Origin: Schmidtea polychroa
Lineage: Eukaryota
Direction: 5' to 3'
Length of the DNA stretch: 64,000 nucleotides
Assembly (NCBI GenBank): GCA_044892525.1
Contig: CM097885.1
Coordinates: 40,922,001 to 40,986,000 of the forward strand
The notes below the pieces were generated by a model. The model ran no database searches. It had not been told where the DNA came from and was given only the letters and a program-made list of their open reading frames with translations. This document shows, piece after piece, positions 1 through 12,539 of the stretch; the stretch's first letter is position 1, and each line of letters opens with the position of its first letter. A program made the translations under genes and the position numbers.

Positions 1-844
1 AAATATAACCCTTATTTACATATTTAATCAATAATTTCATGTGGTTATTGATTAATTCACAAAGATTTGCATCAAAAATTAACATTGAAAAATATCTTAA
101 AAAATTATTTCATAAAAATTTCCATTAAAAAATGTCATTTCTCAAAGAAAGTTAGTGGTTATTCAATCGTTTGATAATTAATTTAAAAATTCTTACTTTA
201 ATTTAATTATTTAACTATAATTTAAAATCTTAGACCATTGATTATTTAATTTAAAAATTTGAACCTTAATTTATTTATTTGAACCCTTTGATTACTTTAA
301 TTTACAAATTTAGACCTTAATTTAATTTAATTTTAAATTTGAGTCCATATTTTACTACAATTCAATTTTTAGGCCCATAATTTACTTAAATTTAATTATA
401 TGACACCTTTGATTAATTTAAAAATTCAAAAATTCAAAAATTTCGCCCATAATTTACTTAATTTAACCCCTATTTTACTTTAATTTAAAATTTTAGAACA
501 TATTTTACCTATTTACCATGCTTTTATTTGAAGACTCAAATTTTGTATTGAAAATCCCAGGACCATCGATAACCCCTTACTATAGTCAGAGAAATCCTGA
601 CTTTTTTTCTATAGGCCCCTTTATCTCTATTGAAAATAATATGAGTGTTCCATTGCCGCAATGGCCTTTTTTCTATAGGCACCTTTAATTTTATTGAAAA
701 AAATATGAGTGACTTCCTGCAACAATTGCGTGATCAAAAAATTAAAAGAAAACGAGTTGCCGCTAATTTTTTCTAGTGGAGGGGAGGGGAGGAGGGTCAC
801 TGCGGCAGGGACTACTAACTACGTACTTAAGTCATACATATTCA

Positions 845-847
<3 letters not shown>

Positions 848-901
<54 letters not shown>
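848..901. repeat. (AAT)18 microsatellite, unit 1
   Basis: Perfect trinucleotide run. Confidence 0.95.
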
Positions 902-2404
902 CAAATAACCATTTCTCATGAAGTATTCCATAATCAATATGGTTGTTCACTATAACCTGAAATCTATATAATATTTAAATAAAAACAATGTCATAATAAA
1001 ATTGAATGTTCCATCCTTAAATTTTGAAAACAGTATGAATTCCCGATATTTTAATAAGTGAATTAAATAATGTAAATTTGGTGAATGGTTCAATATAAAT
1101 TGAATTTTGTTTGAAAGTAGAATTTGAGAAGATGACAAATTTCATTCATTCCTTATTTCATATTCTGTTAGACCCATCAATGATACCTTTTTAAAAGAAG
1201 GTATTACTTTATTAAACGAAAAATAATTTTAATTAATAAATAATGGAGTCTTTGGATTATAAATAAAATTGAATATATAATTTTTATTATAACGAAATAT
1301 TGGTAAATAAGTAGATTTACTTGTCATGTTTTTATTGCGACACCCCAGTCTTTATTAATTAAAACTTGCACAGTTTGTAATGAAAATATCGATGATAAAT
1401 GATTTTTCTATAGCATTAATTACTATTTTGAAAGATGATGATGTTATTAATAGTAATAACTGTAATCATAGAAATAGACCGTGTCATTATAATACTTCCG
1501 ACTTAAAATATAATAGTTGTAATGATAAGCATAATAATGAAATTACCTCAATGATAAAAATAGTGAAATAATAATAATAATAATAATAATAAATTCCTAA
1601 ATATGTTAAGAAATTGACCTAACCTATTCTTAAAATTCTTCAAAGTCGTATTTCAAAAACGTTAAATCTAAAGGCTTCTTATAAAAATAATATTTAAGCT
1701 AAGTATCAAAATAAAATACGATCAGTTTTTACTTTCTACTTCTCTTGTGAATTCTGAATCACAACTTAAGTGAAAGAATTTCTATCTCGAATTCCCTTAT
1801 CTTCGGTTTTTCCTTTTCTCATCGGGAACAGTCTATTAATTTCTTCTGAAATTCTAGGAGTTAATCCTCTTAAAATGAGTTGTTTCTCCTTCTGATATAC
1901 TATGGGTTCGTTCAGGTATAGTTAATTTTTCTTGTATTTTTAGTGGTTTCTGTCCGAAAATATTTTGTTGATTCTGTAGTTGATTACTTTTCTAATCTTC
2001 TCCGAAATATTGTTAAATGGGTTCAGTAGTTATTATTTCTGCATACTTAGTTATTTTCCTTTAAAAATGTTTTACTTCAGTTGACTTTTTATGGGTTTCT
2101 TGAGCATAATTTTAATTTTAAACTTATTTTAATTTCAATATTATTCTCACCTAATTTTAATTTAATTTAATTTAATTTAATTGTTTTTAATATTTTAATA
2201 TTTAATTTTAATTTAATATAACTTAAATTTATTTTAATATTATCAAAATATTATGAAAATATTTTTATTTATCCAATATTAATTGAATAAATACAATATT
2301 AATAATTTTCTATATTTATTTCCTTAAAATGTATATAAGGAATAAAATAAAAAAAATAATAATATTTTGTTTAAATATCTAATTTATTCTTATTATTATT
2401 AATC

Positions 2405-3457
2405 ATGACTAAATTTACAATTGAAAGAAAAAAACTCGTTGTTGTTTTAATCGGATTGCCAGCAAGAGGTAAATCATACGTTTCGAAAAAACTTTGTAAA
2501 TATTTCAACTGGTTGAATATTTCTGCACAAATCTTCAATGTTGGTAACTACAGACGAGAACTTGAAGGAGAGTACACGGGAAATAATTTTTTCGATGGAA
2601 ACAATGGCGATGCTCAAAAGATTCGTAAATTGTCTGCCGACTCAGCAATGAATGACATGATTGATTGGTTAGAAAACCATGACGGAAATATCGCGTTTTA
2701 CGACGCAACTAACACGACCCGTGAAAGACGTCATTGGATTGAAATGTCCGTCAGTCAACATCAAATCGACATTTTGTATCTAGAAATTATATGTGATGAT
2801 CAAGATACGATCAATGAAAATATTGAAAAAGTCAAATTATTCACAAGAGATTATTTACATTGTTCAAAAGATGAAGCCATTCAAGATTTCAAGTCAAGAA
2901 TTGAACATTATGCAACAGTTTATGAACCCGTCGATGGAGAATTCGATAAAAGCACCTCATTTATTCGAATTTTCAACAAAGGATCACGATTTGAAATCAA
3001 TAAAATCGATTCCATTTTGAAACAAGAGATTTTCAATTTCATAAAATCGATTCGGTTGACAAATCGGTCAATATATTTGTTTACTGACATTTCCAATGAA
3101 TTCCAGGACGTTTTGACTACACCGAGGGCCAACCATGTCAAATTGGATCTCAATGATGCTAATGAGCTATCAATGTCTGGAACGATAGCGATTGAGAAAA
3201 ATGAAGAACAAATAAAGGATTTCAAACGTTTGCAGATGAATGAGAGCTCGGATGAAATGTTGATCCAGTTGATCCCGATTATATTAGAATCTGAAAAGCA
3301 CGAATATATGTCAATATTTACTTCGGAAAGAATTTCTAAGGATTTATTAAAATATTTTCATAATGAAATCATTCATGAAGAAACTTTGAGTCGGTCGACT
3401 ATCCTGATCAACTGCTGCAGCAACAAGCCAACATATAATATTCATATAGTCCGCTAA
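2405..3457 (+). CDS. 6-phosphofructo-2-kinase (PFKFB-family kinase domain; bisphosphatase domain degenerate), copy 1
   Basis: Motifs GLPARGKS (P-loop), FNVGNYRR, DATNTTRERR and DFKSRIEHY..YEP. IYLFTD stands where PFKFB proteins have IYLxRHG. TATATAA at ~2333 and AATAAA at 3503. Confidence 0.93.
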   Translation: MTKFTIERKKLVVVLIGLPARGKSYVSKKLCKYFNWLNISAQIFNVGNYRRELEGEYTGNNFFDGNNGDAQKIRKLSADSAMNDMIDWLENHDGNIAFYDATNTTRERRHWIEMSVSQHQIDILYLEIICDDQDTINENIEKVKLFTRDYLHCSKDEAIQDFKSRIEHYATVYEPVDGEFDKSTSFIRIFNKGSRFEINKIDSILKQEIFNFIKSIRLTNRSIYLFTDISNEFQDVLTTPRANHVKLDLNDANELSMSGTIAIEKNEEQIKDFKRLQMNESSDEMLIQLIPIILESEKHEYMSIFTSERISKDLLKYFHNEIIHEETLSRSTILINCCSNKPTYNIHIVR

Positions 3458-4647
3458 TTACTTTCATTAGAAAATAGTTTTATTTTATTTATTTTTTGAC
3501 TGAATAAATTTATCTATTTAAATTATTCTCTTTATTTTACTTTATATTTTATTTTAAATAAGTTCAATTAGGTATATTATTAGGTATTTTTTTATTTTAT
3601 GTATTTTATATACAGTGTCATGAAATGAAGCGGACGATCAACATTTTTATGAAAGATTTCTGTGTTCGAAAAACAATCAAATGTTTTAAAAACGAACTTA
3701 AACGAACAGTTTTTCACGGTTTTTAATATATAGAAAAACTAAACAAACATACATTTCATATTTTTTGGTAATATTTTAATTAATTTATGAAAATTATTAA
3801 TTATCTAAACATTCAATTGTATATGTTTATAATATAATAATAAAGTTAATTTGATAATAATGGAGACTTACAATCACTACAGGCATAACCATCAAAATTA
3901 CGTATTTTGATAACACTAAACACCTTTAAAATAAATAAAACTATATACTCAAAAACTATATAAAATTATAGCAAATTAATAAATGAATTGCAAAAAAATT
4001 GCAACTTATTATTTAATCAAATAGCACAAAAATTAATAAATAATGACACAGAATTGCAATAAAAAGAAATTAAATATTTTTAAAATTTTTATTGTTTTAG
4101 TTGATGATAACATAAAAGTCTTAGTTTTGTTTTAGTAAAATATTATGTCATTTTTAAGATGTTGTTCTAATCGATGATTACGTCATTAATTTTAAAATTT
4201 CATTTTTAGTACACCTTTTTGAATTTACTCATCATTTTAAATAACTTGAAATATTTGAAATATTTTTATCCAAACAACACATGCTAATAAATTTAAAAAA
4301 ATTTTGTCTTTAAAAATATTTAACCAATTACGCAATAGTATATATTCTTTATATTATCTTTGAAACAACTATGTTTAACCTATTATATAAGAAGTTAGGT
4401 ATAGTTGCATCATTTGCATTTTTATGTTAATAATATTATTTTAGAAATAATAATAATATCTTAAAATATTTTTATTAAAGTGATAATTTTTATGAAATAA
4501 TTTTAAATAAATTCAATTAATATATCTCCATCTTTTATATGCCACTTCACAGTATTTAGCTCCCATAATCCATTAATGAATAATTTTACCATTTATTTGC
4601 ACCCATTTGAATTATTAATTTATCATCTAGTAATGAATAATATCCTC

Positions 4648-5580
4648 ACTTTAATGAAGATTCTTACCACCTGAGAATAATATTGTTAATTTTATCAAAG
4701 TTTAAAGAATAAGAATTTTTATCAAAATTTGTGATAATTTGACTGATTCAAAGATAAATTTGATGGAGTTAATTGGTTTTATTATATATACCCTTAGTTT
4801 ATCCAACAAGATGTTACTGGGCACTGTTCATAAGGGTACTGGTCGTAAAGGTACTGGTGTGTTTTAATGATTTTATTTAATCAAATTTTGGTGTTTAAGG
4901 CATTCATTGCTTATTTTTTAGAGTTATTGTTAGTTGGATTTAGTAAATATTCAAGTGAATTTCTATCATTTTGGTGAATTTTTATCATTTTTCTGAATTT
5001 CATGTTGATTGAATGAATATTTAATAATTTAATGTTTTAATGGTGATTCTAATAAATTTAATTGATAAATTTAATTAATTTCTTTATAATTAGCGGAATT
5101 TTATTGACTTGTTTTTAAATAAAAGTTAGTTTTAATGACAGTTAGCTTAATAATCAAGTGAAAGGATTAATTTAAAATTAATTGGTGAGAGATTGGTTAA
5201 TGTGGGAATCTTTTGATTATTTAAATGGATGATGTTGGTAAGTGAAATTGCAATACATTAGTCAGTTATGAATCAATAATAATCAGAAATTATATCGTTT
5301 TATTAGGTTGTGATGGATGCGCTAAATTAATTTTGATTTATGGTTTAGAACAAATGTTTTATTAATTTTCTATTAATTATCCAGAGTGTAATTAAGGTAA
5401 TTGACCAATTTATTTGGTTTTCACAATGAAATATTTGAAATCTTTAGAGATAAGTGGGATTGACATCAACTTTAAATTATTTTTATCTTTTTCGGGTGAT
5501 TTTAATTAGAAATTATATCGGTTGAATATCGGTAAAATATGAACATTTGAAGAAATATATTTTATTGGATGGATAAGTTG
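4648..5580 (+). repeat. Array-unit segment homologous to the Maverick interior 35945-37427 (opposite strand); present in every unit
   Basis: 45 nt are identical (4648-4692 vs reverse complement of 37383-37427). Another 35 nt are identical (5414-5448 vs 36187-36221). Diverged colinear blocks lie between them. Confidence 0.9.
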
Positions 5581-6993
5581 AATTTTTCAATGCAACTACT
5601 CAGTTATATTGTACAGTAATATTTATTTTAAATTTCGAGTAGAACAAAAATTTAATTATAACTGATTTTATCAATTGTTCAGAGTTAATGATTTTAGAAG
5701 ATTTTAGTGAAATATGTGTGATTATAGGAATTATAGATATAGTTATAGTCATTAAAAGCGGTTTTAAGGAATCTTATTAGTCTGAGGGAATATCAATAAA
5801 ATATTTATCGATAAAATACTAATCTTTACAGACAGAGATATTTCAGGGAAATTTGATTCTTTTTAGATGATTTTTTTTGAGAATTCGCTTGGATATAACA
5901 AATGATAGAATATTGTCATTTAAATGAATTTACTGGTTTATTAGATGTTATCATTAGTGGGCTTATATCAGTGTCGTTTGGAATTAAATGATAATTATTT
6001 TATTGTTGATTGCCTACTTTGATATTTGTAATGAATTTATTCTGATTATTTTGAATATATTGAGCAATCAGTCAATCAATTCGAGTACATATATTACTTT
6101 TACAAAAATAATTAAAATTAATTTATTTCAATTAATTTATTCAATCTAAATAAATTATCTACTAAATCTTATTTCAAAGTTCTTAGAAAATTATTATCTT
6201 AGTTGATTTATATTAACTTGAATGATCAGTATTTTTTTTATTTACTGGATGATTAATGACTAGAATTTAAAGTTCTTTCTTATCCATTGATTAAATTTTG
6301 ATATTTATTTATTATGTTTTGAATAATTTAAATTTTTACAATAATTTATTCAATTTTTACCAAGGTATTGATGCGTTGAGTTCAAATTATTTTTCATCCA
6401 ATTTTTCAAGTGAAGAGGATTTTCTTTTAAAGATCTATTTGTTAGTACATAGTGGTTGATATTTGTTAGAGTTTAATTGTAGATGATGCTAAGAAGATAG
6501 TGTATGTGATGAAGAATATTTTGTATTTAATTACTATTATTTTTATGTGTTGCTAGTGGGTTGTCGGTACTTGGTATCTAGTTGATAGCATTTTGTTGAT
6601 AGTGCTTAGTGCTTGGTATCTGGTTGGTTCCTTGTTGTTGTTGGCTAGTGAGGATGCATTGTTGGTACGAATCAACAATAACTATTTATTGAATATAAGT
6701 TTTACTTTGCAATAATAAGTCAGTAGTAATCAAATAAAAGAAGAATATTTTGTGAATTAGAATTAAAATTATATGGACTTTTATTGTAATTTAAAATATT
6801 TTCAATTCCATCTGGTGTTTTGAAGTGGTTGATAATTATTCAGTTTTTGATGAAAATCATCATTTTTGTTAAATTTAGACACTTAGAAAAAGTTTTTCTA
6901 CTGATTCTAATTAAAGATATTTTAGAAAAGCATTTGATAAAATACGATGAAGAATATTTAGTTGATTGTTAGTAAATGGTACCTAGTTGTAAG

Positions 6994-7552
6994 CAACGCC
7001 GTGCTGTAACTTTTGGGGGCCCTGTGCAGAAACTAAAAATTTTTTTTTTAAATTTGAATTAATTTTTTATTGATTGTATTTAAAAAAATAATAGCAATTA
7101 AAAAGTAATTTTATAAAGTAAATTTGAATGTATGTATATGTTTTCAAACTATGTTCGTTAACACAAATTTAATTTGAAAAGTGAAAATTACAATTTATTA
7201 AATATATAAACGAATCGTTAAACCTAAAATTAAAATAAAACTTATTTCTGTTTATAACTTTGAAATAATATTACTTTTCACTAATAAGACGATATAATTA
7301 ACAAACAGAATATAACAATTTGAAGCAAAAAACAACTGAATTATTAGATATATTTGTTTCAAATTAAATCGTTGCCAACTAGATTTTTTTGAAAGTTAAA
7401 CGAATATTGAATTTTCAAATTTTTTTTTCTTTCAATTCGTAGTAATTTATGGTATTGGAGAAGTTTTTCTAATGTATTTAATATTTAGGGCCCCTCAAAA
7501 ATAGGGGGCCCAGTGCGATTGCACTTGTTGCACTTGCGATAGTACGGCGCTG
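6994..7552. mobile_element. Non-autonomous hAT-type DNA transposon (MITE), 559 bp, unit 1 only
   Basis: Imperfect 12-bp TIRs CAACGCCGTGCT / AGTACGGCGCTG. 8-bp TSD GTTGTAAG (6986-6993) / GGTGTAAG (7553-7560). Subterminal GGGCCC motifs. Other units show the empty site TACCTAGTTGTAAGTATTTGG. Confidence 0.9.
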
Positions 7553-7959
7553 GGTGTAAGTATTTGGTACTTATTAGTATCTAGTTAAAAATATTTAGTA
7601 ATTTGTAGTTAGTATCAGATTGTAAATAGTACCAAAATAGTATCTAGTTGTCAGGTACCTAGTGGTTAACTGTTTGTTTGAAGTACATAGTTGTAAGTAT
7701 CGAGTTGACATTTTATATTTTGACAAGCATATAAGAAATATTTTACTTGCTGGATTAAGAAGAGCTTATTACAAGCAAATACTTGATGAATAAATTTTAT
7801 CTGTATGTATGTGTTGTTAATACATAGTACTTGGTAGCTGGTTGTAGATAGCTGGTAATTTTTGGTATGTAATTGTTGGATTATTATTAATATAACTATT
7901 ATTATTATTATTATCATTATTATTATTATTTTTATTATTATCATTGAAATTTGCATTTA

Positions 7960-9300
7960 AATTTATTTTTAAAAATTATTCCATTAAAATTTGCATTAAA
8001 AAATTTCATTTCTCAAAGAAAGTTGGTGGTTATTCAATCTTTTGATAATAAATTTAAAAATCTTACTTTAATTTACTTATTACATTACTTTAATTTAATA
8101 ATTTAAAAATTATAACTTTACTTATTTACCTTTAATTTAAAAATTTGAACCTTAATTTACTTTAATCTAACTTTTTATTTACTAATTTTTCCTTAATATA
8201 ACTGCCTACTTATTATCATTGAAAATCCATCTAAATTATCTTTAAAAATTAACTTAAAAAATTATTACATTAAAATTTTACTTTAAATTTGTCTTTGAAA
8301 ATTTTCATTTAAAATTATCATTGAAAATTAATTCATTAAAATTCCCATTAAAAATTACATTTCTCAAAATAGTTGGTGGTTATTCAATATTTTTTGCTAA
8401 TAAATTTAAAAATTATTACTTTAATTTACTTATTTAAAATTTAATTACTTTACTTTTTTAACTTTATTTTAATTTTCAGACCATTGCTTACTTAATAAAA
8501 TATTTGGGCCTTAATTTACTTTAATTTAACCTTTGTTTACCAAATATTACTGTAATTTACTTATTTATCCTTAATTTACCTATTTATTCTTGTATTACTT
8601 AATTTAACATTTTACAACATAATTTACTTAACAACCGAATATAACCATTATTTACATATTCAACCAATAATTTCATGTAGTGAATGATTAATTGACAAAG
8701 ATTTGCATCTAAAATTGACACTGAAAATTATATCATAAATATTTTCATTTAAATTTGACTTAAAAATTTTTCCATTTGAATTTTCATTAAAAAATTTCAT
8801 TTACCAAAAGTTTGTGGTTATTCAACGTTTTTGTTAATAAATTTAAAAATCTTACTTTAATTTACTTATTACATTAATTTACTTTTATTTTTAAATTTTT
8901 ATTTTAATTTACTTAATGTAAAAATATTACTTTAACTTTAAAATTTTAGATTACTTAATTAAAAGATTTTAACCTTTATTTACTTTATTACCTTAATTTA
9001 CCTATTTATTCTTGTATTACATAATTTATCATTTCACACCATAACTTGCTTAACAACCAAATATAACCCTTATTTATATATTTAATCAATAATTTCATGT
9101 GGTTATTGATTAATTCACAAAGATTTGCATCAAAAATTAACATTGAAAAATATCTTAAAAAATTATTTCATAAAAATTTCCATTAAAAAATGTCATTTCT
9201 CAAAGAAAGTTAGTGGTTATTCAATCGTTTGATAATTAATTTAAAAATTCTTACTTTAATTTAATTATTTAACTATAATTTAAAATCTTAGACCATTGAT
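7960..9300 (+). repeat. Degenerate internal repeats of each array unit (AGTTGGTGGTTATTCAA...AATTTAAAAATCTTACTTTAATTT, ~4 copies)
   Basis: Diverged copies at ~8020, ~8370, ~8810 and ~9208. 8580-8760 resembles 8990-9180. Confidence 0.75.
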
Positions 9301-9902
9301 TATTTAATTTAAAAATTTGAACCTTAATTTATTTATTTGAACCCTTTGATTACTTTAATTTACAAATTTAGACCTTAATTTAATTTAATTTTAAATTTGA
9401 GTCCATATTTTACTACAATTCAATTTTTAGGCCCATAATTTACTTAAATTTAATTATATGACACCTTTGATTAATTTAAAAATTTAAAAATTCAAAAATT
9501 TCGCCCATAATTTACTTAATTTAACCCCTATTTTACTTTAATTTAAAATTTTAGAACATATTTTACCTATTTACCATGCTTTTATTTGAAGACTCAAATT
9601 TTGTATTGAAAATCCCAGGACCATCGATAACCCCTTACTATAGTCAGAGAAATCCTGACTTTTTTTCTATAGGCCCCTTTATCTCTATTGAAAATAATAT
9701 GAGTGTTCCATTGCCGCAATGGCCTTTTTTCTATAGGCACCTTTAATTTTATTGAAAAAAATATGAGTGACTTCCTGCAACAATTGCGTGATCAAAAAAT
9801 TAAAAGAAAACGAGTTGCCGCTAATTTTTTCTAGTGGAGGGGAGGGGAGGAGGGTCACTGCGGCAGGGACTACTAACTACGTACTTAAGTCATACATATT
9901 CA

Positions 9903-9905
<3 letters not shown>

Positions 9906-9983
<78 letters not shown>
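9906..9983. repeat. (AAT)26 microsatellite, unit 2
   Basis: Perfect trinucleotide run. Confidence 0.95.
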
Positions 9984-11486
9984 CAAATAACCATTTCTCA
10001 TGAAGTATTCCATAATCAATATGGTTGTTCACTATAACCTGAAATCTATATAATATTTAAATAAAAACAATGTCATAATAAAATTTAATGTTCCATCCTT
10101 AAATTTTGAAAACAGTATGAATTCCCGATATTTTAATAAGTGAATTAAATAATGTAAATTTGGTGAATGGTTCAATATAAATTGAATTTTGTTTGAAAGT
10201 AGAATTTGAGAAGATGACAAATTTTATTCATTCCTTATTTCATATTCTGTTAGACCCATCAATGATACCTTTTTAAAAGAAGGTATTACTTTATTAAACG
10301 AAAAATAATTTTAATTAATAAATAATGGAGTCTTTGGATTATAAATAAAATTGAATATATAATTTTTATTATAACGAAATATTGGTAAATAAGTAGATTT
10401 ACTTGTCATGTTTTTATTGCGACACCCCAGTCTTTATTAATTAAAACTTGCACAGTTTGTAATGAAAATATCGATGATAAATGATTTTTCTATAGCATTA
10501 ATTACTATTTTGAAAGATGATGATGTTATTAATAGTAATAACTGTAATCATAGAAATAGACCGTGTCATTATAATACTTCCGACTTAAAATATAATAGTT
10601 GTAATGATAAGCATAATAATGAAATTACCTCAATGATAAAAATAGTGAAATAATAATAATAATAATAATAATAAATTCCTAAATATGTTAAGAAATTGAC
10701 CTAACCTATTCTTAAAATTCTTCAAAGTCGTATTTCAAAAACGTTAAATCTAAAGGCTTCTTATAAAAATAATATTTAAGCTAAGTATCAAAATAAAATA
10801 CGATCAGTTTTTACTTTCTACTTCTCTTGTGAATTCTGAATCACAACTTAAGTGAAAGAATTTCTATCTCGAATTCCCTTATCTTCGGTTTTTCCTTTTC
10901 TCATCGGGAACAGTCTATTAATTTCTTCTGAAATTCTAGGAGTTAATCCTCTTAAAATGAGTTGTTTCTCCTTCTGATATACTATGGGTTCGTTCAGGTA
11001 TAGTTAATTTTTCTTGTATTTTTAGTGGTTTCTGTCCGAAAATATTTTGTTGATTCTGTAGTTGATTACTTTTCTAATCTTCTCCGAAATATTGTTAAAT
11101 GGGTTCAGTAGTTATTATTTCTGCATACTTAGTTATTTTCCTTTAAAAATGTTTTACTTCAGTTGACTTTTTATGGGTTTCTTGAGCATAATTTTAATTT
11201 TAAACTTATTTTAATTTCAATATTATTCTCACCTAATTTTAATTTAATTTAATTTAATTTAATTGTTTTTAATATTTTAATATTTAATTTTAATTTAATA
11301 TAACTTAAATTTATTTTAATATTATCAAAATATTATGAAAATATTTTTATTTATCCAATATTAATTGAATAAATACAATATTAATAATTTTCTATATTTA
11401 TTTCCTTAAAATGTATATAAGGAATAAAATAAAAAAAATAATAATATTTTGTTTAAATATCTAATTTATTCTTATTATTATTAATC

Positions 11487-12539
11487 ATGACTAAATTTAC
11501 AATTGAAAGAAAAAAACTCGTTGTTGTTTTAATCGGATTGCCAGCAAGAGGTAAATCATACGTTTCGAAAAAACTTTGTAAATATTTCAACTGGTTGAAT
11601 ATTTCTGCACAAATCTTCAATGTTGGTAACTACAGACGAGAACTTGAAGGAGAGTACACGGGAAATAATTTTTTCGATGGAAACAATGGCGATGCTCAAA
11701 AGATTCGTAAATTGTCTGCCGACTCAGCAATGAATGACATGATTGATTGGTTAGAAAACCATGACGGAAATATCGCGTTTTACGACGCAACTAACACGAC
11801 CCGTGAAAGACGTCATTGGATTGAAATGTCCGTCAGTCAACATCAAATCGACATTTTGTATCTAGAAATTATATGTGATGATCAAGATACGATCAATGAA
11901 AATATTGAAAAAGTCAAATTATTCACAAGAGATTATTTACATTGTTCAAAAGATGAAGCCATTCAAGATTTCAAGTCAAGAATTGAACATTATGCAACAG
12001 TTTATGAACCCGTCGATGGAGAATTCGATAAAAGCACCTCATTTATTCGAATTTTCAACAAAGGATCACGATTTGAAATCAATAAAATCGATTCCATTTT
12101 GAAACAAGAGATTTTCAATTTCATAAAATCGATTCGGTTGACAAATCGGTCAATATATTTGTTTACTGACATTTCCAATGAATTCCAGGACGTTTTGACT
12201 ACACCGAGGGCCAACCATGTCAAATTGGATCTCAATGATGCTAATGAGCTATCAATGTCTGGAACGATAGCGATTGAGAAAAATGAAGAACAAATAAAGG
12301 ATTTCAAACGTTTGCAGATGAATGAGAGCTCGGATGAAATGTTGATCCAGTTGATCCCGATTATATTAGAATCTGAAAAGCACGAATATATGTCAATATT
12401 TACTTCGGAAAGAATTTCTAAGGATTTATTAAAATATTTTCATAATGAAATCATTCATGAAGAAACTTTGAGTCGGTCGACTATCCTGATCAACTGCTGC
12501 AGCAACAAGCCAACATATAATATTCATATAGTCCGCTAA
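11487..12539 (+). CDS. 6-phosphofructo-2-kinase, copy 2
   Basis: Protein identical to copy 1 (F233). Confidence 0.93.
   Translation: MTKFTIERKKLVVVLIGLPARGKSYVSKKLCKYFNWLNISAQIFNVGNYRRELEGEYTGNNFFDGNNGDAQKIRKLSADSAMNDMIDWLENHDGNIAFYDATNTTRERRHWIEMSVSQHQIDILYLEIICDDQDTINENIEKVKLFTRDYLHCSKDEAIQDFKSRIEHYATVYEPVDGEFDKSTSFIRIFNKGSRFEINKIDSILKQEIFNFIKSIRLTNRSIYLFTDISNEFQDVLTTPRANHVKLDLNDANELSMSGTIAIEKNEEQIKDFKRLQMNESSDEMLIQLIPIILESEKHEYMSIFTSERISKDLLKYFHNEIIHEETLSRSTILINCCSNKPTYNIHIVR

Noticed and set aside
950..1571. 62-aa, 63-aa and 96-aa (7666-7956) ORFs repeated in each unit
   Set aside because: Low complexity and no recognisable domain. Identity between copies is not evidence of selection.
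1720..2107. Purine-rich coding-like stretch on the minus strand, readable if TAA/TAG encoded Gln
   Set aside because: PFK-2 and several Maverick genes end in TAA and have no internal TAA, so the standard code applies. At most this is an unidentifiable remnant.
2793..3225. 75-aa and 101-aa ORFs overlapping PFK-2 (and 40250, 41062, 41768, 42530 in the Maverick)
   Set aside because: They are shadow frames of real genes with no motifs. Recurrence only reflects the duplication.
3611..3720. TACAGTG start resembling a Tc1/mariner TIR
   Set aside because: No matching inverted end or transposase remnant was found.
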